A DNA stretch of 32,919 nucleotides from Chiloscyllium plagiosum (lineage: Eukaryota): contig NC_057719.1 in the NCBI RefSeq assembly GCF_004010195.1, positions 6,420,561 to 6,453,479 of the forward strand, read 5' to 3'. The notes beneath the pieces are model-generated. The model was not told the origin of the DNA and did not search any database. It saw nothing but the letters and a program-made list of their open reading frames with translations. The position numbers were made by a program, and so were the translations under genes. Below, one piece after another: positions 1-10,589 of the stretch (its first letter is position 1; each line of letters opens with the position of its first letter).

Positions 1-48
1 GAACATTTGTGCTTTCAGAATAATGCTTTTGTTTTCTAAATGGAATTA

Positions 49-295
49 GGGCAGCACAGTGGCTCAGTGGTTCACACTGTTGCCTCATAGCAGCAGGGAC
101 CTGGGTTCAATTCCAGCTTTGGGTGACTGTCTGTGGAGTTTGCATGTTCTCCCTGTGTCTGTGTGGGTTTCCTCTCACAGTCCAAAGATATGCAGGTGAC
201 CATGGGAAATGTAGTGTTATAAGGATGGGGTGGGATGCTCTTTGGAGGGGCAATATGGATTTGATGGGCTGAATGGCCTGTTTCCACACTGTAGA
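49..295 (+). mobile_element. HE1-type (V-SINE) tRNA-derived SINE, internally deleted
   Basis: tRNA-like head with A box (GTGGCTCAGTGG) and B box (GGTTCAATTCC), central GTGGAGTTTGCATGTTCTCCC motif, and tail GGCCTGTTTCCACACTGTAG shared with the other copies. Confidence 0.85.
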
Positions 296-394
296 GGTTG
301 TATTTTGTGCCAAAATTCTTGACCCAACATTTCCACCGTTCTCCTTCCTTGTCAGTTTCCCAACTTCCATGTGTTTTGGCTTATCCAAGACTCA

Positions 395-545
395 GTTTCC
401 TTCCCTAAAGGAAATTAATGAACCAGATGGGTATTTCCTGACAACTGGAAACAAATTCATGGTCAACTTTTGACTCTTAGCTCTAGATTTTTGTTTAAAA
501 ATTGAATCTATCTTCCATGGCAGAATTCAAATCCAGGACTCAAAC
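395..545 (-). mobile_element. Degenerate 5' part of second SINE family (same family as 23447-23762)
   Basis: Reverse complement resembles the CTGGTTCAC...AGGAAAGGAA region and B-box region of the 23447 copy. Confidence 0.45.
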
Positions 546-606
546 CTTAGTGGGAATATCATGAGGCCATCACCTTCCCATTCCTGTGGTACGACCCAGT
601 GACACC

Positions 607-711
607 GAAGGATTCCATGTGGAAGATAAAGTCTCAGCGACCATCAAACTATTGATGCTTATTGCGAAAGCGCATCTTTTCGTTTCAGGGGAAAAAATAT
701 GTGCCAATCTC
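607..711. repeat. 105-bp direct repeat, copy 1 (copy 2 at 2263-2367)
   Basis: GAAGGATTCCATGT...TGTGCCAATCTC occurs twice with 3 substitutions and no indels. Confidence 0.95.
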
Positions 712-714
712 ACT

Positions 715-852
715 TGATCTGGCCTACATGTGACTCCAGACCCACAGCAGCGTGTTTGACTCTCTAGCGCCCTCTGAGAAATCAGGAACGGGCAGGAAAA
801 CGTTGGTCTAGCTAGTGACCGCCACATCCCATGAAGGAACAACTGAAAGAAA
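715..852 (+). mobile_element. 3' half of second SINE family
   Basis: TGGCCTACATGTGACTCCAGACCCACAGCA...GCCCTCTG...CCACATCCCATGAA matches the 3' part of 23447-23762 and the LINE family-2 tail. Confidence 0.65.
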
Positions 853-1194
853 GCACATCTTTTTGATGGAGATTTTGTTCTTCATTGGTATGGAATGCAG
901 GTTTTTCTTCTTTGAAGATATTTCCTGACATTAAAGTACACATAACTGCAACATTGATTAATTCATCTGGTGTAGCCAGTTTATCTGGGTCAGAGACACC
1001 ACTGTTGTACAGATAGGAAGTCTACTCCTCAAGGTGAATTTTTTTCGATTTCAACTGTTGCAATTAAATGGATTTCCTATCAGTTTAAATTAAAGTTCAG
1101 AAAGCGGCTGCTTTTTAAGAGATCAGAAGGATTCTTAGATCCCCCCACGTTCAGATTTATAGTTGATTGAAAGAGTTGATGACTGTATTTTTGT

Positions 1195-1420
1195 GAATTT
1201 TTAAAGACATTGACAGGATATAGATGCCACTGGCTGGGCCAGCATTTACTGCCCATCTCTCGTTGCCCTTGAGAAGGTGATGGTGAACTGTCTTGTGGAT
1301 ACCCCCATGATGCTGTTAGGGAGGGATTTCCAGCCATAATTGATCCAATGATACTGAACGAACAGCAATTAATTTCCAAGTCAGGGTGGTGAGTTGGAAG
1401 GGTACTCGCTGGTGCTGCTG
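1195..1420 (-). mobile_element. LINE family-2 3' end
   Basis: Reverse complement matches the CTGACTTGGAAAT...TCACCTTCTCAAGGGCAA...AAATGCTGG tail seen at 17420-17630. Confidence 0.7.
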
Positions 1421-1564
1421 GCCCCAATTTTTAATTGGTATAAGTTAAAGCACAGAAACAGGCCATTCGGCCTACTGGGGCAATACTATTGCTTACGTTC
1501 CACATGAACTTCCACTTAATTGAATTCTGTCAACACAAGTCCATTCGCATTATAGCACGACGCT

Positions 1565-1655
1565 ATAAATGCTGAAAATCTAAAGGAAAAACAAAAACTG
1601 CTGGAAATATTCAGCAGGTCTGAGGCGCCTGTAGAGAGAGGAACAGAATGAATGT
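1565..1655 (-). mobile_element. Degenerate PLE family-3 terminal fragment
   Basis: TGCTGGAAATATTCAGCAGGTCTG...TGTAGAGAGAGGAACAGA resembles 3500-3582. Confidence 0.5.
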
Positions 1656-2135
1656 GAGGAATCTGCTGGCCTCTGCCCTGGTAAAACAGGTGAGTGGCGG
1701 GTTTCATGGCCACCTGGACTGTAGGGTGGCAATGCTCTCTTTAAACCTATGCCAGGGAAACCCAAGGCAATTGAGGCCCTTAAGTGGGTAATTGTGGCCT
1801 AACCACTTGGCCGAATCGTTGGGAAATAGACTAATGTGAATCAGCAGACACCATTTTTAAAGTTCCTCGTGGACTGTTGGGTTGTCTAGTTGCCCACTTC
1901 ATGTGTTCCCATCTTCTTAAAGGCTCTCTAATTATTCCAGGAGGCTTATCACATCTGAATGATATGGTTGACTTTTGACTGGCCTTTGAGGTGGTCAAAT
2001 GTGCATATTGTCAACGGTTTAAGATAAGATCCACCTGTGGGAGGGCAGTAGATGCCAGGGGTTACCAGGGACACCAATAAGAAGTATAATAAAAAAGTCA
2101 CCAGTTTTTATCTGAGCCAGGCCAATGATGACATG

Positions 2136-2262
2136 TAGGAGAAAGTGAGGACTGCAGATGCTGGAGATCAGAGCTGAAAATGTGTTTCTGGAAAAGCGCA
2201 GCAGGTCAGGCAGCATCCAAGGAGCAGGAGAATCGATGTTTTGGGCATGAGCTCTTCTTCCT
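2136..2262 (-). mobile_element. PLE family-1 terminal-repeat fragment with decayed hammerhead motif
   Basis: Matches the terminus attached to the GIY-YIG remnant at 12963-13468; minus strand reads GAAGAAGAGCTCATGCCCAAAACATCG. Confidence 0.85.
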
Positions 2263-2367
2263 GAAGGATTCCATGTAGAAGATAAAGTCTCAGCGACCAT
2301 CAAACTATTGTTGCTTATTGCGAAAGCACATCTTTTCGTTTCAGGGGAAAAAATATGTGCCAATCTC
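2263..2367. repeat. 105-bp direct repeat, copy 2
   Basis: See 607-711. Confidence 0.95.
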
Positions 2368-2494
2368 TCAGGGGCGTGATCAATGAGCGATCATGGTGAC
2401 AATAGCACGTTGAGTCACTATGTTAATGTACACTTTGCTGTGTATGTTGTTGTCCAGAACTACAGTTGGTGACAGTACACCTCAGGTGGATGTT

Positions 2495-2980
2495 GTGGGC
2501 ATCAGACTATAGGGAAGAGTGCAGAAGGGATTTACAAGGATTGTTCCAGGAATGGGAAACTTCAGTTTTGAGGACAGACTGAAGAATTTGGGACTGGACA
2601 GAAGAAGACTGGGGGGAAATCTGATAGAGGTTTTCTAATGATGAATGGGTCAGATAGAGGAAATACGGAGATGCTGTTCTCACTCGTAACAGAAACAGGA
2701 AAGAGAGGCCATAGATGTAAAATGACGTGTAAAAGAAGCAAGGGCGAATTGAAGAAAAATGATTTCACACAGCGAGTAGTTTGGGGACGGAATGTGTTGT
2801 TGGGGAGCGTGGTGGAGGCAGGTTCAACTGAGACATTCAAGAGGGTGATTTGGATGAAAGCAATGTGGAAGGCTACGGGCAAAAGGAAGGGCATGGCACC
2901 AGTCAAAAATACTCATTTGAAGAGCAGGTGCAGGCACACCAGGCCAACAAATGGTCTCATTCTGCACTGTGACAATTCTG
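2495..2980 (+). mobile_element. Old CR1-type LINE 3' fragment
   Basis: Translation ...NDFTQRVVWGRNVLLGSVVEAGSTETFKR resembles the CR1 ORF2 C-terminus. Confidence 0.8.
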
Positions 2981-3115
2981 CAGAGGCTTCAGTGTTCTCT
3001 CTGTCACACGGCTGGCCAGACATTTCTCTCGCACACTCCTTGCCTGCATCAGCACCTGCTGCAGGGTTTACAGGCTGACACTCTGTGTGTTTGGCCATGT
3101 CACAGACACACACTC

Positions 3116-3308
3116 TTAGAGTCATACAGCACGGAAACAGACCCTTCGGTCCAACCAGTCCATGCTGAACATAATCCCAAACTAAACCAGTCTTACCTGC
3201 CTGCTCCTGGCTCATATCCCTCCAAATCTTTCCCATTCGTGTGGGAAAAGGTCTTTCAAACCTCGTAATTGTACCCACATCCACTACTTCCTCGGGCAGT
3301 TTATTCAC
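3116..3308 (-). mobile_element. CR1-type (HER1-like) LINE 3' end
   Basis: NKLPEEVVDVGTIT motif, CR1 3' UTR, and GACTCTA-type tail on the minus strand. Confidence 0.85.
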
Positions 3309-3499
3309 TTAACCCCAGAGTTCCTGGCGCAGAGGCAAGGACACTATCCTGTTACACGAGGTCCTTTAGTTTATAATGACAGATTGGTAACATTCGGGTG
3401 GGTTTGGCTGAACTTTAATTTGCAACCTGATAGGAACTCCAGGCAACAGCTTACATAAGAAACGTCACACCTCAATTCAAATAAATGTGAAATCCTGGC

Positions 3500-3582
3500 T
3501 GGATGCCGGAAATCCGAAACAGAACGTGCTGGAGAAACTCAGCAAGTCTGGCAGCATCTGCGGTAAGAGAAACAGAGTTAAC
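3500..3582 (-). mobile_element. PLE family-3 terminal fragment
   Basis: Reverse complement of 7680-7768 (GCTGGAGAAACTCAGCAAGTCTGGCAGCATCTG...AACAGAGTTAAC). Confidence 0.7.
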
Positions 3583-3605
3583 ACTTATATTCCCTTGTTA
3601 TACTA

Positions 3606-3725
3606 AATTGAATTGAATTTATTGTCCCGTGTACCGAGGCACAGTGAAAAGCTTTGTCTTGCGAGCAGTACAGGCAGGTCACAGAGTTAAATAGCAGAGA
3701 TATGTAAATAATAGGTAAATAATAA
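3606..3725 (-). mobile_element. 3' end of a further non-LTR element (Rex1/Babar-like tail)
   Basis: Minus strand TTTTCACTGTGCCTCGGTACACGGGACAATAAA followed by a short (ATTCA)n tail; family assignment from memory. Confidence 0.5.
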
Positions 3726-3932
3726 TGAAGTAGCGAATAAATGCATATCAGTCTATCAACCTGTACAGAATACTAGCTGCTATCAGTTCCTTATTGTATG
3801 ACACAAATGATTTGAAAACAGTCTGATTTGAAATTGCCAATGACGTGCGACACCCCGAAAATAATTTCCACAGATGTGATGGCCCAGGAGTTTCTAATCA
3901 GCATCAGCAACAACAAATTCAAACACAGATGT

Positions 3933-4240
3933 TTAGATTACTTACAGTGTGGAAACAGGCCCTTCGGCCCAACAAGTCCACACCGACCCGCCAATGCGCA
4001 ACCCGCCCAGACCCATTCCCCTACATTTACCCCTGCCCCTAACACTACGGGCAATTTAGCGTGCCCAATTCACCTGACCTGCACATCTTTGGACTGTGGG
4101 AGGAAACCAGAGCACCCGGAGGAAACCCACGCAGACACGGGGAGAACGTGCAAACTCCACACAGTCAGTCGCCTGAGGCGGGAATTGAACCCAGGTCTCT
4201 AGCGCTGTGAGGCAGCAGTGCTGACCACTGTGCCACCGTG
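3933..4240 (-). mobile_element. HE1-type SINE, near full length, CpG-rich (young)
   Basis: Complete head, central motif and tail on the minus strand. Confidence 0.9.
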
Positions 4241-4423
4241 TTCTGCTGTCAACTTTCCTGGACAGGAGCCTCTTGTTACAAAGGTGTGGAGCTGAGGCCA
4301 GGGATCCTGGCAGACAGCAGGAGAGTACGTCAGTGTGGAAACTGCACCTCCTTTTCAGCAGCAAGTGGCACTTTGAGCTAATCTTCTGAGTTGAAGATCG
4401 ATAGAACGAGGGGCTGTGATAGT

Positions 4424-4560
4424 TTGGCTCAGCGGTTAGCACTGCTGCATCACAGCACGAGGGACCCAAGGTCAATTCCAGCCTTGTGTGACTGTCTGTG
4501 TGGCCATTGCATGTTCTCCCTGTGTCTGTGTGGGTTTCCTCTGGATGCTCTGGTTCCCTA
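4424..4560 (+). mobile_element. HE1-type SINE, 5' part
   Basis: TGGCTCAGCGGTTAGCACTGCTGC...TGCATGTTCTCCCTGTGTCTG. Confidence 0.8.
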
Positions 4561-4574
4561 ACCAGCAAAAACAT

Positions 4575-5390
4575 CCTGTAGCCCTGTTAAAACTTTATGT
4601 ATTTTAATCAGATTTCCTCTCATCTTTCAAACACAAGTGAATACTGGCTTAGTCAAAGGACAGTCCTGCCAGTCCCAGTATCAGCCTAATGAATCACCAC
4701 TATCCTTCCTCTCTGGGAAAGATATCCTTTCTTTAGTAGGGAGGTCAAAACTCCATGCAATACTCCAAGTACCATCTGTACCTGCCTGTCTACTTTCATT
4801 GACTGGTGTACAAGGACACCCAAATCCCTTTGTACATCCACACTTCCAAACACATCATCCTTTAAATACTCATCTGTTCTGCTTTTTCACACCAAAGAGT
4901 ATTTAAATTCACATTTCGCCACATGGAATGAGCTGCCAGAGGAAGTGGTGGAGGCTGGTACAATTGCAACATTTAAAAGGCATTTGGATGGGTACATGAA
5001 CAGGAAGGTTTTGGAGGGATATGGGCCGGGTGCTGGCAGGTGGGACTAGATTGGGTTGGGATATCTGGTCAGCATGGACGAGTTGGACCGAAGGGTCTGG
5101 ATCCATGCTGTGCATCTCTATGACTTTACGACTCTATCTGTTTGCCCACTCACTCAACGTGTTTGATTCACCCTGAAACCACTTTGCATCCTCCTCACAA
5201 TTCTCAATCCCATCCAGTTTTGTGTCACCAGCAAATTTGGAAAAGTTACATTTAGTTCCCTCGTCCAGGTCATTTCCGTAGATCATGAATAGCTGGGGTC
5301 CAAATACTGATCCTTGTGGTACCCCACTGGTCAGTGCCTGCCATTAGGAAAAAGACCCACTTATTCCCATTCTGTTTCCCATCTGTCAAC
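4575..5390 (-). mobile_element. Old CR1-type LINE RT fragment interrupted by a younger + strand CR1 tail
   Basis: Minus strand encodes a decayed GVPQGSVFGPQLF RT motif near 5290-5330; split at 4918-5137. Confidence 0.7.
4918..5137 (+). mobile_element. CR1-type (HER1-like) LINE 3' end
   Basis: WNELPEEVVEAGTIATFKRHLDGYMNRK followed by 3' UTR and a CTATGACT-type tail. Confidence 0.9.
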
Positions 5391-5814
5391 CCAGACTGAC
5401 AACTCGATACCAGCCTTGACTCTTTCTGCCCTGTTGGGGGCTGATTACCTCATTGAGTGAGAGAAAGGCTGGTGTTATGGGAGATGTAAGTGGTTGGCAC
5501 AGCCACTGGTGCCAGTGCAAGTAGGGAGGTATCCCAAGGGAGTGAGTGGGCATGCAGGGTTGGGGGCTGTGGTGGACTGTAGGCAATCATGAGCATGGTG
5601 GATCATGGGCCTTCCTGGGAGGTAGGGACAGTCGTCGCGAAAGAGTGACTGTGAGGTATTGGAGAGAAGCTGGTGGCACTTATGCCCATAGGCTGGACAT
5701 TCATCCAGAAAGCTGACAATGCACCTAACCATGTAACAACCTGGGATCAGGCTGGTATCTCCGAGATCCCTCAACAGTGTTTTCTCCAACAAGCTCCTTC
5801 AATGGTGCAACATC

Positions 5815-5945
5815 ACAAAACTGGAGATTTTGGAATTTGCAAAGCAAAACCAAAAACACTGGGAAAGCTCCACAGCTGGAGACAGAGATAGAGTCAATAC
5901 TTCATGTCAATGAGCCTATCGTCAGAACTGAACAGAGGTTGGAGA
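5815..5945 (-). mobile_element. Highly decayed PLE family-3-like terminus
   Basis: CTGGAG...CTGGGAAAGCTC...GAGACAGAGATAGAGTCAAT...TCGTCAGAACTG resembles the family-3 layout. Confidence 0.35.
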
Positions 5946-6546
5946 TGGAACTGGTCTTGAGCAGGTGTCGACTTGGGGAAAGGTGGGCTCTATCTTTCAC
6001 ACGCTGCTTCCACTGTTCAGGATATACATAGCCTTGCAATTACAGAATGCTAAAAATCTCTTGTATTTGATTGTAATCAAATCACTTCAAAGCAACCTTG
6101 AGGCACCAGGAAGATTGCAACTGACAGAAACAAACTGACAGAGGAATGATAATTATTCCTGACTGCATTGCAGATATGATTCAGGAGTTTAAAGCATCAA
6201 GAGAATGAACTAACAAGTGGATGTTAGTACAGTGTGTGAATAGATATCAGCAGTGTAAAACAAGAGGATTACATCTTTTTAATGTCGAAGTCCTGCAGAC
6301 TGAGAGATCAGAGAAATAAACGCGAGGGTCCAGTGAAATTGGATAAGGTCTCACAGTGTATTGCAGAGATTTCATTCAGGAGGAATTTTAAAGGTAAAAA
6401 ACAAATCTGATGTACTCAAGGGCTTTAAGAATCATATCACTGTGAGGCCATTGTTTAATAACCACAGCAACCATGGCCTTCCATTTACAAAGGCCCTCTG
6501 TGTTGTTGCTGGCTCCATAATCCTGGACTAGCTACTGAAGATCTGA

Positions 6547-6721
6547 GGCAGAAGTGGGTACTGCAGATGCTGGAAATCAGAGTCTAGATTAGAGTGGTGC
6601 TGGAAAAGCACAGCAGGTCAGGCAGCATCCGAGGAGCAGGAAAATCGACGTTTCGGGCAAAAGCCCTCCATCAGGAATGAAAGCAGGGAGCCTCCTGGGT
6701 GGAGAGATAAATGGCTCTAAT
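6547..6721 (-). mobile_element. PLE family-1 terminal insertion with 15-bp TSD
   Basis: Flanked by CTACTGAAGA(T/C)CTGA at 6532-6546 and 6722-6736; hammerhead core mutated to CTGATGG. Confidence 0.9.
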
Positions 6722-7086
6722 CTACTGAAGACCTGATACAGGCTTGATCTCTAAAATGGTCTGGTATTCAACTCTAATGAATGGAAAGGCCAGCGAATGC
6801 ATTTCCACAGCCTCCTGCCTCCTGCTTGTTAGTTTGTCCTCCTGGTGTGTCAAACCCCTGTATCTCATCCTCACGTACCCGTTTCTTTGCTACTGGGAAT
6901 AAACTTTGCTACTACTGCCAAAAGTCACAGCCCTGACCACTGTGACAAACTAATGCCTCTTTTTTTAATGGGAAGTTATTAAATAATGGCAACCAAGTTA
7001 CAAACCGCAAGATCAAAACAGCCATGTGAAAAAGGAAAGATAACCTGCTTTCATAATGTCGGATGATCTTCATTGATTTTCTGTAG

Positions 7087-7191
7087 ACTGGAGTCAAGGT
7101 CACCCCAGAGGGCAACAGGACCTTAGTATACAAAATGTTTGTTGTCAAGGTGTTTGGAGGAGATAGGGAGCCTCCATTAAAAATGGGTGAG
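7087..7191 (+). other. Candidate exon of an unidentified transcript
   Basis: Acceptor TTGATTTTCTGTAG; donors GTGAGG (7187) or GTAAAC (7192); open frame TGVKVTPEGNRTLVYKMFVVKVFGGDREPPLKMGE; non-repeat context; no homolog recognised. Confidence 0.3.
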
Positions 7192-7429
7192 GTAAACCAC
7201 ATACACCTACAATGTAGTTGCAATAACAAACCTTACATAATGCATTTACCAAAAGTTGCAAACCAGAAACACTCCAATAATGCATGTGTGTGTGCGCTGG
7301 TGGTGACTTTCGCTACAATCACACCCCCAGGTTTAAGAGCTCATCCAAATGGACCTTGCAGTTTGGGAGTGCTGGCTGTCATTTTGAAAGTTTTCTTCTT
7401 AAATCCTGGAGTGAGACTTGAACCTACAC

Positions 7430-7640
7430 AGGATTTTCTTTTCTTTCAGAGGGGAGTGAATCTGTGGAATTCTTCACACAGAGGGTTGTTGAGGCTGGGT
7501 CATTGAGTATATACAAGGCTGAGAGAGACAGATTTTTACTCAGTAAGGGACTTAAGAGTTAGGGGGAAAAGGCAGGAAATCGGAGTTGAGGATTTTCAAA
7601 TCAACCACAATCTCATCAAATGGCAGAGCAGACCTGGATG
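7430..7640 (+). mobile_element. CR1-type LINE 3' end
   Basis: FFQRGVNLWNS motif and CR1 3' UTR. Confidence 0.8.
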
Positions 7641-7647
7641 CAACAAT

Positions 7648-7768
7648 GGTTCCCAAAAAGAGTCATTGCAGACTCTAACGTTAACTCTGTTTCTCTCTCC
7701 ACAGACGCTGCCAGACCTGCTGAGTTTCTCCAGCAATCTGTGTGTTTGGTTCGGATTTCCAGCATCCA
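7648..7768 (+). mobile_element. PLE family-3 terminal fragment with decayed hammerhead-like region
   Basis: AAGAGTC-ATTGCA-GACTC hairpin, then TAACGTTAACTCTG...GACGCTGCCAGACCTGCTGAGTTTCTCCAGCA...CCAGCATCC. Confidence 0.65.
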
Positions 7769-7819
7769 CTTCATTGACAGACTGAATGGCCTCCATTTGA
7801 TTCTATGCCTTACAGTCTT

Positions 7820-9515
7820 ACAGAAACAGGAAGCAGGAAACTCTAGGCCAGTTAGCTTAACATCTGTCACGGGAGAATTAGTGTATTTTGTTATTAAGGA
7901 GGTAATTGCAGGATATTTAGGAAAGTGTAATATGACCAGATAGGGTCAAATTGGTTTTGTGATGGTGAAAATGCATGTCAATAATTTGTTAAAGATATGA
8001 AAAAGGAGGGAGGCAAAAGGGGTGACAATAGGCTGATTAGCCTAATTTCTATTGTTGGAAAAATGGTGGAGTCAAGCACTAGAGAAGTAATAATGAAGCA
8101 TTTGGAAAATCATCATCTAATCAAGCAGGATTGGCACAGTTTCATGAAAAGGAAATTGTGTCTGACTAATTTATAACAGTTTTTTTGAGGAAGTCTCAAT
8201 CAGAGTGGATAGAAGGGAACCAGTAGATGGGCTGCATTTGGACTACCAGAAGATGTCCAGCAAGGTATCTTGCCAATGACTAAGTCATAAGGTAAGAGGC
8301 CACTGTGTTGGAGGTAGTATACTGGCATGGATAGGGGATTGGCTAATGGGTAGGAAACAGCGCGTGGGGAGAAGGGACACTGTTTCAGTTAGTGACCTGT
8401 GAACAGGGGGGAGTCCACAGGGATCCGGGCTGGGACTGCAGCTGTTTACAATGTATATTAGTGACTTGGAGGAAGGAAGTGAATGTACTGCATCCACGTT
8501 TGCAGACAGCACCAAAATAGGTGCAAGGGCAGGTCACAAGAGCGGTATAAGCAGTTTACGGAGAGATACTGATAGGTTAAAGTAATTGGGCAAAAGATTG
8601 GCCAATGGAGTATAAAGTGGGAACATGTGAAATTGTTCAGTTTGGAAGGGAGAACAAAAGGTCAGAGTATTATTTAAATGGAGAAAAACTGCAGAAAGGT
8701 GCAACGCTAAGGGACTGGGGGAACTTGTGCATGAAACACAGAAAGCTAACACACAGGGGCAGCAGGTAATCATTGACAGACTGAATGGCCTACCTCTGAT
8801 TCTCCACCTTATGGTCTTACAGAAGTAGAATTCCTGATGAAGGACTTATGCCCGAAACATCCATTCTCCTGCTCCTCGGATGCTGCCTGACCTGCTGTGC
8901 TTTTCCAGCACCGCATTCCAGACAGCAGGATATTAGGAAGGGAAATGGAATGTTGGCCTTTATTTCAAGGGAGTTGGAGTATAAGAGTAGGGAAGTTTTA
9001 CTGCAGTTCTACAAGGTGCTGGTGTACTGTGAGCAGTTTTGGTTTCCTTATTTAAGGATAGGTACAATTTCATTGGAGGCACATCACAGAAGGTTCAGTC
9101 GGTACGGAAGGATTGCCTTACAAGCAGATTAAACAGGCTGAGGTTTACTCACTGGTGATCTCATTGAAATGTACAGGATTCTCAAGGGGTTTGAGGGGGT
9201 AAATGCTGAAAGGATATTCCCCCTCATGGGAGAGTCTAGGACCAGGGGCATAGTCTCAGAATAAAGGGGCACAATTTCAGACTGAGATGAGGAGGAATTT
9301 CTTCTCTCAGAGGGTTGGGAATCTTTGGAACGTCTTGCCACAGAGAGACCTGTGGGGGCAGAGTCCCTGTGTATATTTAAGGCCATTGAGGTTGGGTCAT
9401 TAAGTATATTCAAGGCTGATGTCAGGAAGGGAATTGGGGGGGCGGGGGGGTGGGTGAGGGGAGGCAGGAAAGTGGAACTGAGGACTATCAGATCAAGCAG
9501 GATCTCATTGAATGG
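7820..9515 (+). mobile_element. Decayed CR1-type LINE ORF2 (RT region to 3' end), composite
   Basis: RPVSLTSV, GVHRDPG(GVPQGS-like), FADSTK, GMLAFISRELEYKSREVLLQ and RRNFFSQRVGNLWN motifs, with stops and frameshifts. Confidence 0.85.
8829..8920 (+). mobile_element. PLE family-1 terminal fragment inserted in a CR1 LINE
   Basis: CTGATGAAGGACTTATGCCCGAAACATC...GATGCTGCCTGACCTGCTGTGCTTTTCCAGCA. Confidence 0.85.
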
Positions 9516-9837
9516 TCTCACCAAAACTATACAAAGCACTAGACAGACTACTGCTGGAAAACTGTTACTGGAAAAGGGTTTTTGGCCTCTTATCTCAGAA
9601 AAGATACAGAATTAGAATTAGCTTTATTGTCACATGTACTGGTTTTGGAGGTAATCCAGGCATAGAGGGACTGTCTTATGAGGAGAAGTCGAGTAGATTG
9701 GGCCTGCATTTGCAGCAATTATGACCCGCTCCCGTTAATAGCTCACAATGATATTAATATTTTCTGATCAACCTGTGGGATTTGAACCCAGGACTATCAC
9801 TACCACTGCACCACAACAGTCCCCTCAGAATGAAAAT

Positions 9838-9950
9838 ATGTGTGGTGCTGGAAAAGCACAGTTGGTCAGACAGCATCTGAGGAGCAGGAGAGTCGACTCC
9901 CCTGCTTTTTGACTCTGATCTCCAGCATCTGCAGTCCTCACTTTCTCCTC
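9838..9950. mobile_element. PLE family-1 rearranged (inverted) terminal fragment
   Basis: Minus-oriented arm turns at GCAGGAGAGTCGACTCCCCTGC into the plus-oriented end CTCCAGCATCTGCAGTCCTCACTTTCTCCT. Confidence 0.8.
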
Positions 9951-10222
9951 GTCCTCCAGAATGGTTGTGACATCTGTTGAGAATTGACTGTAACTAGGTT
10001 GGTCTAAGGGTTGAGTATCTCTGACAGAGCTTTGATCAGAGGTACCTGGAGAAGCGTGGGATGGAAGAAATGAGGCCTTGCAGAGTCAACAATTAAGGAA
10101 TCAACTGAGCTGGGAATGTTATCAGTGACTCGCCAGAATTAAATTACTGCAGCCTTCCTTTTCCATCACAGATAGAAAATGACCTTTAAGGAAGATAAAT
10201 ATAATATGAGTTGGTGAACCTG

Positions 10223-10350
10223 GTAAACATGTTGCGTATGCAACCGTTCCCATGGAAACAGAACAATTAGAAGCTTTTTCTTAATAAACATTAATGAGGA
10301 ATGTTTCTAAGTGGTTATGTGGAAACAAAAACCGCCTCCTGATGGCAACC
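10223..10350. promoter_or_regulatory. Candidate RFX (X-box) plus forkhead motif cluster
   Basis: GTAAACA 10223-10229; GTTGCGTATGCAAC 10231-10244; GTTCCCATGGAAAC 10246-10259; ATAAACA 10284-10290; GTTATGTGGAAAC 10314-10326; ATGGCAAC 10342-10349. Confidence 0.5.
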
Positions 10351-10589
10351 GTAAGATTTAATTAGTTCATTTTTATAACCTGACTTACAAGCATGTTCTG
10401 TGTTGCTTCACAACGGCTGATGGAATTAAAGTAATTTTTTACAGTAAATCGTGCCGGAAAACTGTTCCATTTTCTGCCATCTGGCAATTGGTCACACCAT
10501 TTGGGAACTGATTTGAGTTGACCACAGCTTTCGCTTCTTGTTGATTAGATGTCAGAGTGTAACAGAGTGAAAAGGAAGAGTCATTATGA

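Noticed and set aside
607..711. Duplicated 105-mer as snoRNA or coding exon
   Set aside because: No convincing terminal C/D or H/ACA boxes; frames after the TTTCAG acceptor close quickly in copy 2
810..1033. Stop-free minus-strand stretch of about 70 codons and a possible + strand exon 918-1033
   Set aside because: No recognisable homology, weak AAG acceptor, length compatible with chance
1681..1800. Consensus donor CAG|GTGAGT at 1690
   Set aside because: Lies among probable decayed repeat fragments with no matching upstream acceptor
8848..9132. Recurring peptide LLLLGCCLTCCAFPAP resembling a signal peptide or toxin
   Set aside because: It is the translation of the non-coding PLE terminal repeat; surrounding ORFs are unrelated
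9430..9475. G-quadruplex-like G runs (also ~16958-16980)
   Set aside because: Expanded G tracts inside decayed LINEs with no evidence of function
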